This document shows positions 37,645 to 47,695 of a stretch of DNA of 64,000 nucleotides, piece by piece; positions within the stretch are counted from its first letter, which is position 1; every line of letters starts with the position of its first letter. This DNA is from Flavobacteriales bacterium (lineage in GTDB: Bacteria; Bacteroidota; Bacteroidia; Flavobacteriales; CAJXXR01), in assembly GCA_049607525.1 (NCBI GenBank), contig JBMYWP010000011.1, positions 2,110 to 66,109 on the forward strand, read 5' to 3'. The translations under genes were made by a program, and so were the position numbers. The notes below the pieces were generated by a model. That model was not told where the DNA came from. It saw nothing but the letters and a program-made list of their open reading frames with translations, and ran no database searches.

Positions 37645-39177
37645 ATGGCAATGCACGAAATAGAAAGTTTAGTAGAAGACAGCATCTTAATGTTTGATGA
37701 AATGGCCATTTCTACTCAAGAAAAAAGGAATGCGATCTATCATATTTATAAGTGGCAGAATCAATTTGATGTAGGTTACACCCATTTTAGAAACCAAGCT
37801 ATTTTAGAGAAAAATCATTATTTATTTTCGGTTCCTTTAAAAGAATATCCAAACATTACCATGGATGAATCTATAAGGGAGAATTTACCTTGGATTGATG
37901 GATTGGAAGAAGAATCCTTATACTGTACAGAAGAAAACGGAGAATTAATAGCTTATTTTGATTATGGATATCCTTCATGGGAATATTTTTCTGATAAAAA
38001 ATTAATAAAAGGTGGCACAGAGAAACCTTCCGAAGTGGATGACTTTGATTTGTTGTTTTCCATGATGGAAAAGGCCATTCAACAAAACCATCAGGACCTT
38101 TTTTGTCGTTGGTTTTTAGCTTTGATTTATTGTATTAATGATGCTTATCTTACGCTTGATTTCATCACTTTTATGGAAGATCCTCGATCTGCCAAAATAA
38201 AGGAAATGCTATTGGATTCTGAGTTTAAAACATTCACCAATAATTGGGGTGTTCTTACAAAAAGAAGTTGGAGCGGGACCAAAATCTTACTGGACACAGA
38301 GAAAGATGAATTCTTTATTTCTCGTTTTTTATTGGACTATAAGGTAAAAAATGAAACCCTTGAAAAAGCATATAAAAGACATAAAGACACGCCCAAACAG
38401 GATGAATCTATGCTTTTAAACCAAATAAGGGCCTATTTTTCGGATGATTATCAATTCGCGGAACATGAAGACGAAACAGGAAAAATAAATTGGTACTGGT
38501 ATAAAAAAGCAAATGATGCGCATGAACACGACAACGATTTTCAGTTGCAAGTGTATATCATTTCTTATTACGAAAGAGATGGCTCGTTGTTTTGTACACC
38601 TGCGGTACAACAAGGTGTTTTTTTACGATGGCAAAATAAAACTCCGAGTTATTTAGGAACGGATGTACACTTTTACAGCAGTTTAGTAGAAAACATGCCA
38701 GAGAATGACCTTGAAAACAATAAGTACATCAATGCCTTTGGTGCTTGGGAAATTAAATTAAAACAAAAGCCCAAGAAAATACTAAAACAATTGGATGATT
38801 TCTGTAAGTATTTACATTATGCTGAAAAGTATTTTGAACTTTGTAAGAATAACTTTGGAGGAGAAATAGCTTATTTTAAAAACGACTTAAAACAATTGAA
38901 TCATCTTTTAATAAATGGAGATGAAAATCATACCATTCCTAAACATATTTTATTCTCAACACCAATGAGTCAATTTTTGGCTTTTATGTATTACAATTTT
39001 GAGCAAAACCAAGAAACCCAAAAAAGCACTGACCTTTTTAGAGCCTATTTAGAAGAAAAACCTTCCCGAATACAAAACAAAATGTTACCCTTTATAGAAG
39101 CTATGGAAGAAGGCAAACCACTGACTTTTCCAATAGTTTTTACTTTTTATAATATAAACCAATATTTTTCTGAATAG
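37645..39177 (+). CDS. hypothetical protein
   Basis: 510-aa ORF, tightly spaced. No recognised domain. Confidence 0.5.
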   Translation: MAMHEIESLVEDSILMFDEMAISTQEKRNAIYHIYKWQNQFDVGYTHFRNQAILEKNHYLFSVPLKEYPNITMDESIRENLPWIDGLEEESLYCTEENGELIAYFDYGYPSWEYFSDKKLIKGGTEKPSEVDDFDLLFSMMEKAIQQNHQDLFCRWFLALIYCINDAYLTLDFITFMEDPRSAKIKEMLLDSEFKTFTNNWGVLTKRSWSGTKILLDTEKDEFFISRFLLDYKVKNETLEKAYKRHKDTPKQDESMLLNQIRAYFSDDYQFAEHEDETGKINWYWYKKANDAHEHDNDFQLQVYIISYYERDGSLFCTPAVQQGVFLRWQNKTPSYLGTDVHFYSSLVENMPENDLENNKYINAFGAWEIKLKQKPKKILKQLDDFCKYLHYAEKYFELCKNNFGGEIAYFKNDLKQLNHLLINGDENHTIPKHILFSTPMSQFLAFMYYNFEQNQETQKSTDLFRAYLEEKPSRIQNKMLPFIEAMEEGKPLTFPIVFTFYNINQYFSE

Positions 39178-39247
39178 AATGCTACGCAAAATTATACACC
39201 ATATAGCCTTGCCCATATGTTTGGTTGTTTCTTAAAAAAGTAAAATA

Positions 39248-39724
39248 ATGAATAGCATTGATTTTAAAACATTCGTGAAAACGGGGAAGTTATTAGGCTT
39301 GGACTTTGGCAAATCTACAGTACAAGAGTTGTTTACCGTTATGGGTTCAACAGATGATAAGGCCGATTTTCAGGATACCGTGATTTATCATTATGGCTGG
39401 TATGAATTTTACGTTTGGAAATCCTCTGGAATATTATATGCTTTTCAAAACGATCATTTAATAAGCGATTGCAGAAATCATAATGAATTGATTGCTTTTA
39501 AAAATCATAAAGTACATTTAGAACCATGGTTTGTTCAAAAGGATCAAAATGTATCTTTCCATCAATTAAAACAGTTGTTACAAGAACAAGAGATAGATTA
39601 TAAAGCCTATCAAAACAAATATCAAACCCAGATTATAGAACTCAATACAAATATCACATTTGACTTTGATACCTTCCAAGGTCAACTTGTGGTAAATGCC
39701 ATAAGATTATTTACCTATGAATAA
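39248..39724 (+). CDS. hypothetical protein
   Basis: 158-aa ORF that overlaps the next gene by 8 nt (ATGAATAA). Confidence 0.45.
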   Translation: MNSIDFKTFVKTGKLLGLDFGKSTVQELFTVMGSTDDKADFQDTVIYHYGWYEFYVWKSSGILYAFQNDHLISDCRNHNELIAFKNHKVHLEPWFVQKDQNVSFHQLKQLLQEQEIDYKAYQNKYQTQIIELNTNITFDFDTFQGQLVVNAIRLFTYE

Positions 39725-40580
39725 CCCAAAATTTAGTCATATCCATTCGGTTGAAAAACCAACATTAAACGATTTTTATAAGCAATACCAAAAAGCTGAC
39801 TCAAAAAACCTAGATATTTTGGAAACCTTGGAAGTATTAAAAAATCTTTTTGAAAAAGAGTATTTCCCAAAGCAAATGAGCGGTATTTTAGATGGTTTAG
39901 AACAGGAATGGAATGTCAAAGATTATTACGCTGCAATGGATCGGGTAAAATATCAACTTTTGAAGAATAAACTCATCAAAAACAAGCCAGAGATACTTTC
40001 TGTGGTTCAAGACATAGCAAAAATCGTGGCTAAAAAGAAAGAGGAAATCTACAAAATGACCGCAGAGGAATTAGCCTTAATGGATGTTTCTGAATATTTT
40101 ATTGTAAAAGAAAAGGCTTACCATAATTTGGAGGAATTAAAAGATAAAATTGCTCCTGAAATTTTTAACCTTTTTGTTGTATTTCAAGTTGATGGTATTG
40201 TTCAAGCCGATGGTTGGGGCATTGGTTTGTTTGGGAATACACCACAATTTGTTCCTTATGTTTTTCAAGCGTTTCAGGCTGTGGGTTTAGACGATTTAGC
40301 TAATGATATTCAATCTGCCATCCATGCCTTCCCTCCAAATACAACTTTTAACAACCAAGAAGATGCTTATATAGATGTATTAAATTTCATGGAAAATCCT
40401 AAGCGAAAAATCACTAATATTGAACTTTTGAACTATTTAAAAGAGGAACGGGAAAAATACCATTTAGCCTATAATCATGCTTTGTATGATTTGGAAGAAA
40501 CCTTTCAATTACAAGCTGATTTTTGGGATATCGTTAAAACCTATTTTCATCAAAACATAAACCAAGTTGTTTATGTGTAA
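39717..40580 (+). CDS. DUF4375 / DMP19-like protein (tentative)
   Basis: 'FNLFVVFQVDGIVQADGWGIGLFGNTPQFVPYVFQAFQAVGLDDLANDIQSAI' resembles the DMP19 C-terminal domain core (..v.NGGf.q.f.N........a..al..iG....a..l..a). This call rests on memory only. Confidence 0.4.
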   Translation: MNNPKFSHIHSVEKPTLNDFYKQYQKADSKNLDILETLEVLKNLFEKEYFPKQMSGILDGLEQEWNVKDYYAAMDRVKYQLLKNKLIKNKPEILSVVQDIAKIVAKKKEEIYKMTAEELALMDVSEYFIVKEKAYHNLEELKDKIAPEIFNLFVVFQVDGIVQADGWGIGLFGNTPQFVPYVFQAFQAVGLDDLANDIQSAIHAFPPNTTFNNQEDAYIDVLNFMENPKRKITNIELLNYLKEEREKYHLAYNHALYDLEETFQLQADFWDIVKTYFHQNINQVVYV

Positions 40581-40599
40581 ACCAATTAAATAATAAATT

Positions 40600-41172
40600 A
40601 TGTGTCGATATGCCATGGTAAAATATAAAGAGCATTATGCTTGTTTTGAATGTCAAAAAACATTTAAACGAAAACTACTTTCGGATGTAAAAGAAGGAAT
40701 TTCTATGCATGAAACTGAAAATCCAGCCAAATGTCCAGAATGTGGTGATTGGTTGGCAAGTATGGGCAAAGATTTTAAAAGTCCAAAAAAAACGGATTCG
40801 AAAGCTTGGAAGCATCTTAAAAGTTTATATACCGTGGGCATTACTTTTCATTCTTGTGGATGTTCTGGTCCTGGGAAAGTTCCAATAAATACGGAGGACA
40901 CGATTACACATTTTCAGAAAACAAAATCATGTTACGAGGAACACCGTGCTTTCTGGTTAAATAGAAAACAGATCCCTCAAACCCAAAGTGAAAAAGATAG
41001 AGAAAAATCAAAAAAAGGCTATTTTTTATTCGCTACACCATTGGAAGTAAGAGAAGGAAGTAAACGAAATGTAAAATACAACAATCATAAAGCGCAATTG
41101 TATTGGGCCGAAAAAATTGCAGACATAGATTCTAAAATTGACTTCTTAATAAAGAATAATTCAACTCGTTAA
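40600..41172 (+). CDS. zinc-ribbon protein (conserved hypothetical)
   Basis: 'CRYAMVKYKEHYACFECQKTFKRK', 'KCPECGDWLASMGKDFKSPKKTDSKAWKHL' and 'FHSCGCSGPG' form two CxxC pairs plus a CGC motif. Confidence 0.5.
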   Translation: MCRYAMVKYKEHYACFECQKTFKRKLLSDVKEGISMHETENPAKCPECGDWLASMGKDFKSPKKTDSKAWKHLKSLYTVGITFHSCGCSGPGKVPINTEDTITHFQKTKSCYEEHRAFWLNRKQIPQTQSEKDREKSKKGYFLFATPLEVREGSKRNVKYNNHKAQLYWAEKIADIDSKIDFLIKNNSTR

Positions 41173-41259
41173 ACAGACAAAATTCACGAATATCTACCAA
41201 CGGACTACGAATACAAACTAATTTTTAATTGCTCTACAACTTAGTTTAATTTAGAATTC

Positions 41260-43449
41260 ATGGAAGAGAAAATTTCTACATTTATTCTAGATTTTAAAGA
41301 ATCAAACTGTCAAGAAAACAGTTTCGAATTGATGTGTTCGGATTTGTTTTTTGATGTACCAAGCGATGAAATTGAAAAAGTTTGGAATAGCTATGTTGAA
41401 AAATACGAGCAGGTTAAATCCATCCTTCAAAAATTGGGCGATTCGATTGTTGAAGACAAAACCCATCAACATCTTCTCAATTTTGAACTTTCTGAAGAAG
41501 AAAAATATGCCGATTTACTATCCTTATATCGTATTAAAGATTTTCGTTTTGGGGTTTTGCTGCGACAAGAAGACAAAGAATTACCCATTGAATTGGTTGT
41601 AACTGGTTTTAACGAAACGATAAAATCATCAAACAAACCAAATCAAAAAACAAAAGCCCAAAAGAAAGCAAAAGTTGGGTCTATTGAGTTTTTAAATGAA
41701 ACCATTCTTCTGGAAGAAGATCATTTTAAGTATTCGAAGATTTCATTGGATAGAAATTCTTTTGGCTTTCACTTCGATTTCAATACGCCAATTTTTTGTT
41801 TATCCTTGGACTCCAATTCCACTTTTTTTGGAGGATTTAGAGATGATTTATTAGAAAATGCTATAAAAAAGGCATTAGCCAAAATAAAAATCAGACTATA
41901 CCCTTCCGAAAATCACTTTGATTCTCAGGAGAATTTCCATGCCTATTTAGAAGAAACCAATCATCAAGAGGGTGAGGTTATTCAAGGTAGCGCTTACGAT
42001 AATTGGTTGGAAGAGAAATTTAGAGCAAAATACCCAAACAAAAATTTTAATTACAAAAGGTTAATTGATTTTTCATTAAAGATAGAATCCAAAACCGAAC
42101 GAGAAAATCTGAATAGAAATGAAACCGTTTATCAACTCCATTTGGCTTTTAAAATGGAAGTCGAATCAGAAAATAATGGCTTAGAGATTCTAAAATTTGA
42201 TTCAAAAGTACCTTTTGTTTATGAGCATCCTTTTTCAACAAAAATAGAAGAAAACAAAGGAAAATCTGTTCCAATTATTGAAAGTATCATTCAATTAAAA
42301 GCACATAAATTAGACGATAAAATTGAAGCCATTCAAGAATATCTGAAAGCAGGAAATTCGATTCCAATTACTTTTTCGGATGGACGGTTTACCATTTTTC
42401 ATTTGGTGGAAAGCATCAATTATATTTCGACAGAATTAAGAGAGGAAGATAAACGTTATCTCGATTTGGTTTTAAATGAAATCTCCGAAACTCCTAAAGA
42501 TTGTTTGGATACAATAACAGGATTTTCGCCTTTACTTTTGGCTTATAACAAGCGTTTAAAAGGCTTTATTCCCTATTTAGAAAGCAAGGGTTGGAAGATG
42601 CAAACAAAGCTGCCAAAGGATATTGGCATAGAACTTATTTTAAAATCCTTGCCAATTTCAATTCATTATAGAGACACTTATTCGGTCAATACTATCTTGA
42701 ATTTTGTTCCAGAAAATCATTTAAAACAACAAGAACAATTGCTGTTTTCTAAACTTTTAAAAGGTGGAACTTATGGTTCGGGGAAGGAAATATTTAAAGC
42801 ATTAATCAAAAAAGGATTAAACCCACATGTTCCATTGGAATCTGGTTTTAGTTTGTATGCCTATGCTCTAGTTCAAGGCGAGGAAGATTTGATAGATGTT
42901 TACCAGACCGTTTTACATGAAAATCCAATTGGGAGTCAAACCGATTTTTCTGGGAACAACCTGTTGCATTTATTTTTTATGCATCCACTTAACAACGATT
43001 TTATTCGTTTTGGTATCGATCGTCTTAAAGGGTTATTAAAACTTGAAGGAATTAACATCAAACAAACCAACAACAATGGATCGAATGCTTTGCATCTTTT
43101 GGCTTTAAAAGAAATTGATTCCTATAATTCCAAAGAAAACAAAAAAGAAGAAGCGAAAGTTTTGTGGGAATGTTATCAGCTATTAAAAGAACATTTCAAC
43201 TTAAATGACACCGATAATTTCGGACATAGTTTTTTGCATTATATAGCAGGATTGGGTTTTTTGAGAAATAAAAATGGCGTTATTTCTTCAAGAAAATTCA
43301 CCAAAACTTACGAACAGCCTTGGCGGTTAAAAATTGTAAAAGATCTTCTAAAACAAAATATAGATTTAACTCTAAAAAACAATGTTGGATTAACTGCCAA
43401 AGATATAGCCGGAATCTGTAAACTCGAAAAAATAGAAAAAAACCTTTAA
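41260..43449 (+). CDS. ankyrin repeat-containing protein
   Basis: 729 aa. C-terminal ANK repeats 'GNNLLHLFFMHP', 'NNNGSNALHLLALKE', 'DNFGHSFLHYIAGLG', 'NNVGLTAKDIA'. The N-terminal ~450 aa are unassigned. Confidence 0.7.
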   Translation: MEEKISTFILDFKESNCQENSFELMCSDLFFDVPSDEIEKVWNSYVEKYEQVKSILQKLGDSIVEDKTHQHLLNFELSEEEKYADLLSLYRIKDFRFGVLLRQEDKELPIELVVTGFNETIKSSNKPNQKTKAQKKAKVGSIEFLNETILLEEDHFKYSKISLDRNSFGFHFDFNTPIFCLSLDSNSTFFGGFRDDLLENAIKKALAKIKIRLYPSENHFDSQENFHAYLEETNHQEGEVIQGSAYDNWLEEKFRAKYPNKNFNYKRLIDFSLKIESKTERENLNRNETVYQLHLAFKMEVESENNGLEILKFDSKVPFVYEHPFSTKIEENKGKSVPIIESIIQLKAHKLDDKIEAIQEYLKAGNSIPITFSDGRFTIFHLVESINYISTELREEDKRYLDLVLNEISETPKDCLDTITGFSPLLLAYNKRLKGFIPYLESKGWKMQTKLPKDIGIELILKSLPISIHYRDTYSVNTILNFVPENHLKQQEQLLFSKLLKGGTYGSGKEIFKALIKKGLNPHVPLESGFSLYAYALVQGEEDLIDVYQTVLHENPIGSQTDFSGNNLLHLFFMHPLNNDFIRFGIDRLKGLLKLEGINIKQTNNNGSNALHLLALKEIDSYNSKENKKEEAKVLWECYQLLKEHFNLNDTDNFGHSFLHYIAGLGFLRNKNGVISSRKFTKTYEQPWRLKIVKDLLKQNIDLTLKNNVGLTAKDIAGICKLEKIEKNL

Positions 43450-43462
43450 TACATATCAAATT

Positions 43463-44167
43463 ATGATCATCATTAACGTAAAAAGAACCTTTGAACCTGT
43501 TCATCAAGAAATTTTGAAAGGTTGCGCTTGTCCAAAATGTAAAGACAACAATAATTTAGATTTAACACTCTATCAATTGCATGTAGATACTGGATGGATA
43601 TATTCAGTTACCAAAAAAATATCGGGAAGTGTGTTTTGTACTGCCTGTCAGTCGGAAATTGAAAATGTACTTTGGACAGACGAAATAGAACATGCTTTTG
43701 AACAAGCAAAAGGTAGAGCTTCCATCATAAAACCCTACAAGAAATTCTCCATATTTTACAAACTTCTTTTAGCTTTTATAGCCATTCTTTTTAGTGCAGC
43801 TTTCTATTTTGGACTTACAGCATATTTGAATAATCAAACCAAATTAAAGGTTTTACACCAAACAGAAGTCGGAAATAAATTTTTGGTTAGTCATAGTTTA
43901 AGAGATGCTAATTATAAAACAGAAGATAAAGGAATTAGTTGGGCAACCGTACGTAAAATAGATGGAGATACAATTTTTATCCAATTTAATACCGAAGTAT
44001 TGGATATTAAAGATGTAAATGGAGCTTCGGCACCGAGTGATGGTTATTCTGGAAACACTTATAAAGTGAGTAAAGCCATTTTAATTCAAAAAGAACATTT
44101 TACAGAATTAACCGATAATAAAACACGATTAAAATCTGCATATATCTGGGATTATGAAAAAGAATAA
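43463..44167 (+). CDS. hypothetical membrane protein with N-terminal zinc ribbon
   Basis: 'CACPKCKD...VFCTACQSE', then one TM helix (LLLAFIAILFSAAFYFGLTAY). Confidence 0.45.
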   Translation: MIIINVKRTFEPVHQEILKGCACPKCKDNNNLDLTLYQLHVDTGWIYSVTKKISGSVFCTACQSEIENVLWTDEIEHAFEQAKGRASIIKPYKKFSIFYKLLLAFIAILFSAAFYFGLTAYLNNQTKLKVLHQTEVGNKFLVSHSLRDANYKTEDKGISWATVRKIDGDTIFIQFNTEVLDIKDVNGASAPSDGYSGNTYKVSKAILIQKEHFTELTDNKTRLKSAYIWDYEKE

Positions 44168-44483
44168 ACAAGACAATACCTTTATTGAGAAAAATTTATA
44201 CACCGGAAAATCATCTCGAAGTGTTTATAAATTCCTAAAACAAAGCTTGTGGGTTAACCTTATTTTCTTGGCTTTCGGATTAATGGTAGGTTATGAAATA
44301 TCCAATTTTGAAGCTGGAAAAGAATACAGTTTGCCCTTTTTTGTTGCTGATTTATACAATCTTGTGGGAAAATTTTGGATGATCATCCTTTGGATTTCCA
44401 TTATGGTACTTGTCTTTATCCATGGTATTTATAAAACCAAAGAATTAAAAAATATTAAAAAACAAAACAACAATGACTTTTAA
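44154..44483 (+). CDS. hypothetical small membrane protein
   Basis: 109 aa with two TM helices. Overlaps both neighbours (14 nt and 11 nt). Confidence 0.4.
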   Translation: MKKNKQDNTFIEKNLYTGKSSRSVYKFLKQSLWVNLIFLAFGLMVGYEISNFEAGKEYSLPFFVADLYNLVGKFWMIILWISIMVLVFIHGIYKTKELKNIKKQNNNDF

Positions 44484-45648
44484 AGAAGCAATAGACCAAA
44501 GAAATTTTGAACATGCCATAAATATGATAACCAATGGCGAAGATATTCTAAAAAGTCAATGGCAATTCAAATTATCAGATGCTTTTGCCAATATTATCCG
44601 ACATAAGGCTTTTGATGTTTTGGAAGCATTACTGGACAATGATCATATAGAATTGGATTTATTTGAATACGATAGCTTTAACAATACCATTTTCTTGGAA
44701 TTGGCAAAAGAAGGAAAACAAGCAGAAACTCTAGATTTCTTACAGAATAACATCAGTAAATTTGAAAATTTAGACGAATCTTTAGAAGACAAAACTTGGA
44801 TTCACCTTGCCATAGAACATGGCGCTTCTGTGGAATTTATAGATTGCCTAGCGAACAACGATGTCGAAATTAATTATAGAAACAAAGCCGAATCAACTTA
44901 CATTCATAGTATACTTTCGAACAATAATTTTCTGATGAAACCCGAGTTGAAATTGGAATACCTACCATATTTTATTGATCAAGGCATAGACATTAATGCC
45001 TTAGATATTGTTGGAAATACGGCTTTGCATATTGCTGTAGAAAAATCGGAAGAATGTTGTGATTTCCTTATGGAACAAGGAGCCGACCCAAATATTCCCA
45101 ATAAAAAAGGAGAAACACCTTATTTTCTAGCCTTAATTAATCAGGGAAACACCAATTTAGTTCTAAAAATGAACCAACAGTATCCGATAGACTTTGAGGT
45201 AGAAACAGGTAGAAAAACCAGTTTATTGTTTGATTATTTACAAACTATTTTTTCGGATTTAAATGAAGATTCTAAAAATGTAATTCAGTTGTTTGCCGAC
45301 AATGGTTTTGATGTATTTGCGCCAGAGATTTCTATGTATGGAGACGAAACCAGTGTTATGGAATTTGTGATGACCAAAAATGCCGACTGGCTTCAAACCT
45401 TCCTGGATTTATTTGATGTGGATGTGAATACAACCGATAATTTAGGGAATTCATTATTGCATAAAGTCTGTGGAATTGGATTAAATTTTGATCAGGCGAA
45501 AGCCAAAGATCTTTACCGAAAAGTAAAATTATTAATCAAATCTGGTGCAAATGTTCATTTAACCAATACCCAAGACAAAAAAGCGGTGGATTTGGCCACA
45601 GACGATAACCTGAAAGAAAAAACAGTTGCCTTACTTTTAAAACAATAA
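44473..45648 (+). CDS. ankyrin repeat protein
   Basis: 'DIVGNTALHIAVEKSEECCDFLMEQGADPNIPNKKGETPYFLA', 'DNLGNSLLHKVCG' and 'LIKSGANVHLTNTQDKKAVDLA'. Confidence 0.8.
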   Translation: MTFKEAIDQRNFEHAINMITNGEDILKSQWQFKLSDAFANIIRHKAFDVLEALLDNDHIELDLFEYDSFNNTIFLELAKEGKQAETLDFLQNNISKFENLDESLEDKTWIHLAIEHGASVEFIDCLANNDVEINYRNKAESTYIHSILSNNNFLMKPELKLEYLPYFIDQGIDINALDIVGNTALHIAVEKSEECCDFLMEQGADPNIPNKKGETPYFLALINQGNTNLVLKMNQQYPIDFEVETGRKTSLLFDYLQTIFSDLNEDSKNVIQLFADNGFDVFAPEISMYGDETSVMEFVMTKNADWLQTFLDLFDVDVNTTDNLGNSLLHKVCGIGLNFDQAKAKDLYRKVKLLIKSGANVHLTNTQDKKAVDLATDDNLKEKTVALLLKQ

Positions 45649-45688
45649 ATAATTAACAGCTTGTTTAACTCAAAACTGCAGTTAAGGA

Positions 45689-45933
45689 AATAGTCTTTTT
45701 TGTCAGTGTAGTATTTGATTTTCGTTAAGAAATTGGGAAACCTTGGACCAATTTTAGAAAAACAAATACGGTTTTTGGTCTTGAACCAAAAAACACCTTC
45801 AAAAAAGTGTCCTTTTCTTTGTTTCGTTTCTTTTGGACAAGCAAAAGAAATGAAAATCCTAGTGATAACGTCACGATGTTAAATTACATCTTAGTTAGAG
45901 GAAACTCTCAGAAAAACTTAAAACAATAATTCC
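45689..45933. repeat. duplicated intergenic leader element, copy B (partner at 15831..16073)
   Basis: See copy A. The 192-nt core 45714-45905 differs from copy A at 13 positions with no indels. Both hairpin stems are identical to copy A. Confidence 0.85.
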
Positions 45934-47280
45934 ATGTCTCAATCTTTTATAATAGCCTGCGAAGGTGGAAAACGAAAAATAGCCGAACTCCTTTTAGAAC
46001 AAGAAGTAGAAAATGTAAACTATACCGATGAAAAAGGACGAACGGCCTTGCATTATGCCGCTCATCGTGGTTATGTCGAAATTTGTAAAAAACTCTTAGA
46101 AAAAGGAGCCGATATTAACTACGAAGAACACAATGGAGAGACGCCTTTGTTTTTTGCGGCTTTACAAAATCAAATTCCTGTTATTAAATTACTGATTGAA
46201 AATGGCGCCAATACCGAAATTAAGGATAATCAGGGTAATAATTTGCTATTGATTGCGACTTCAAAAGGTCAAAAACCACTTTGCGAATATTATTTGGAGC
46301 AAGGTATGGACATTGAAATCACCAACAACGAAGGATTAACACCATTAATGTTGGCTGTTTTTTGTAAAAAAGTGCCTTTGGTAAAATTCTTTATCGAACA
46401 AGGATCCGATACGAGTATTACGACCAAATCGGGAAATAATTTATTGCATTTAGCTGTTGCTGGAAACAATATGCCCATCCTCAAACAAATTATTGAAACG
46501 GGAGCAAATATCAACGAGCCAAACTCCAACGGAGACACACCATTGCTTTCTGCGTGTACGTCCAATAATGTGATGTTGGTAAAATTGTTATTGGAAAAAG
46601 GTGCAGATGTTTACACCACCAATTCAGAAGGTATCTCCCCTATTTATCACGCTTGTGGACACAATCAAAAACAATTGGTACAAACTTTTTTGGACAATGG
46701 TTTAGATACCAATTATCAGTTGCCAGAATCGGGAACGGCGTTGGGTTCTTACCTCGATTTTGTAGAAACCCATCAAGATTTATCTTTAGGAAACATGTTT
46801 CAGTTTAATAATTCCTATACCAGTGGTGGAGAAAGTTTATTGCATTTGGCTGTAAAAAATGGGCATAAATTTATGGTGGAGCTTTTATTAAAAAACGAAG
46901 CAAACGTCAACATCCAAGACGAATCCGAAAATACGGCTTTGCATTATGCAGCATCCAATGGTAAAAAAGATATTGTAAAAATATTACTCGATCATGGTGG
47001 AGATGCCAACTTAACCAACGTTCGGGAACAAAAACCGATTGATTATTCTAATATTCGAGGGTTTAATGAAATTACCGAAATGATTTTAGAAGCAAATCCA
47101 TCGGCTACAAGCGTAAAAGAAGTGAAAAATGATGCTCCTACTCCAACTGTAACCGATATAAAATTAAGTCGTGAAGAAGCTCTAAAACAATTGAAAGAAA
47201 TTAAGGAGTTAAAGGATTTAGAGATATTATCGGAAGAAGAATTCAATGCTAAAAAAGCAGAATTAATGGCATTTATTTAG
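45934..47280 (+). CDS. ankyrin repeat protein with C-terminal SHOCT domain
   Basis: At least 10 canonical ANK repeats ('GRTALHYAAHRGYVEICKKLLEKGADINYEEHNGETPLFFAA...'). The tail 'LSREEALKQLKEIKELKDLEILSEEEFNAKKAELMAFI' matches SHOCT. Confidence 0.85.
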   Translation: MSQSFIIACEGGKRKIAELLLEQEVENVNYTDEKGRTALHYAAHRGYVEICKKLLEKGADINYEEHNGETPLFFAALQNQIPVIKLLIENGANTEIKDNQGNNLLLIATSKGQKPLCEYYLEQGMDIEITNNEGLTPLMLAVFCKKVPLVKFFIEQGSDTSITTKSGNNLLHLAVAGNNMPILKQIIETGANINEPNSNGDTPLLSACTSNNVMLVKLLLEKGADVYTTNSEGISPIYHACGHNQKQLVQTFLDNGLDTNYQLPESGTALGSYLDFVETHQDLSLGNMFQFNNSYTSGGESLLHLAVKNGHKFMVELLLKNEANVNIQDESENTALHYAASNGKKDIVKILLDHGGDANLTNVREQKPIDYSNIRGFNEITEMILEANPSATSVKEVKNDAPTPTVTDIKLSREEALKQLKEIKELKDLEILSEEEFNAKKAELMAFI

Positions 47281-47320
47281 AAAAACAGTAGCTTTTACCA
47301 TTTTGTACTATTAAAAGAAT

Positions 47321-47686
47321 ATGCTTAATAAAGAACTAGAATATAATTTTCATGATTCGGTGGTTGTTAATTGTTTTTCTGAAAAACCCGATAGACTAAA
47401 CATAGCCGTTCAACTTTATGAAATATTTTACCCATCAAAAGATTTGATTCACCTCACTTTTTCTGGAATTTACAACACAGAAAAAACATTTAGGCTAATT
47501 AACCAGCTGAATGAGGATAATTTAGAATTGGACTGGAATGGAACTAGAGTAAATTCGATAGCCTACGACAAGAAGAAAATATCGAGTTCCTCAAATCTCT
47601 ATTTTTTTATTGATTTTGATGGCTATGAATCAATAAGAATACATTGTAAGGATTTACAAATTGAAAAAACTGCTAACATTTTATAA
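47321..47686 (+). CDS. hypothetical small protein
   Basis: 121-aa ORF with no motif. Confidence 0.4.
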   Translation: MLNKELEYNFHDSVVVNCFSEKPDRLNIAVQLYEIFYPSKDLIHLTFSGIYNTEKTFRLINQLNEDNLELDWNGTRVNSIAYDKKKISSSSNLYFFIDFDGYESIRIHCKDLQIEKTANIL

Positions 47687-47695
47687 AAATGAACC

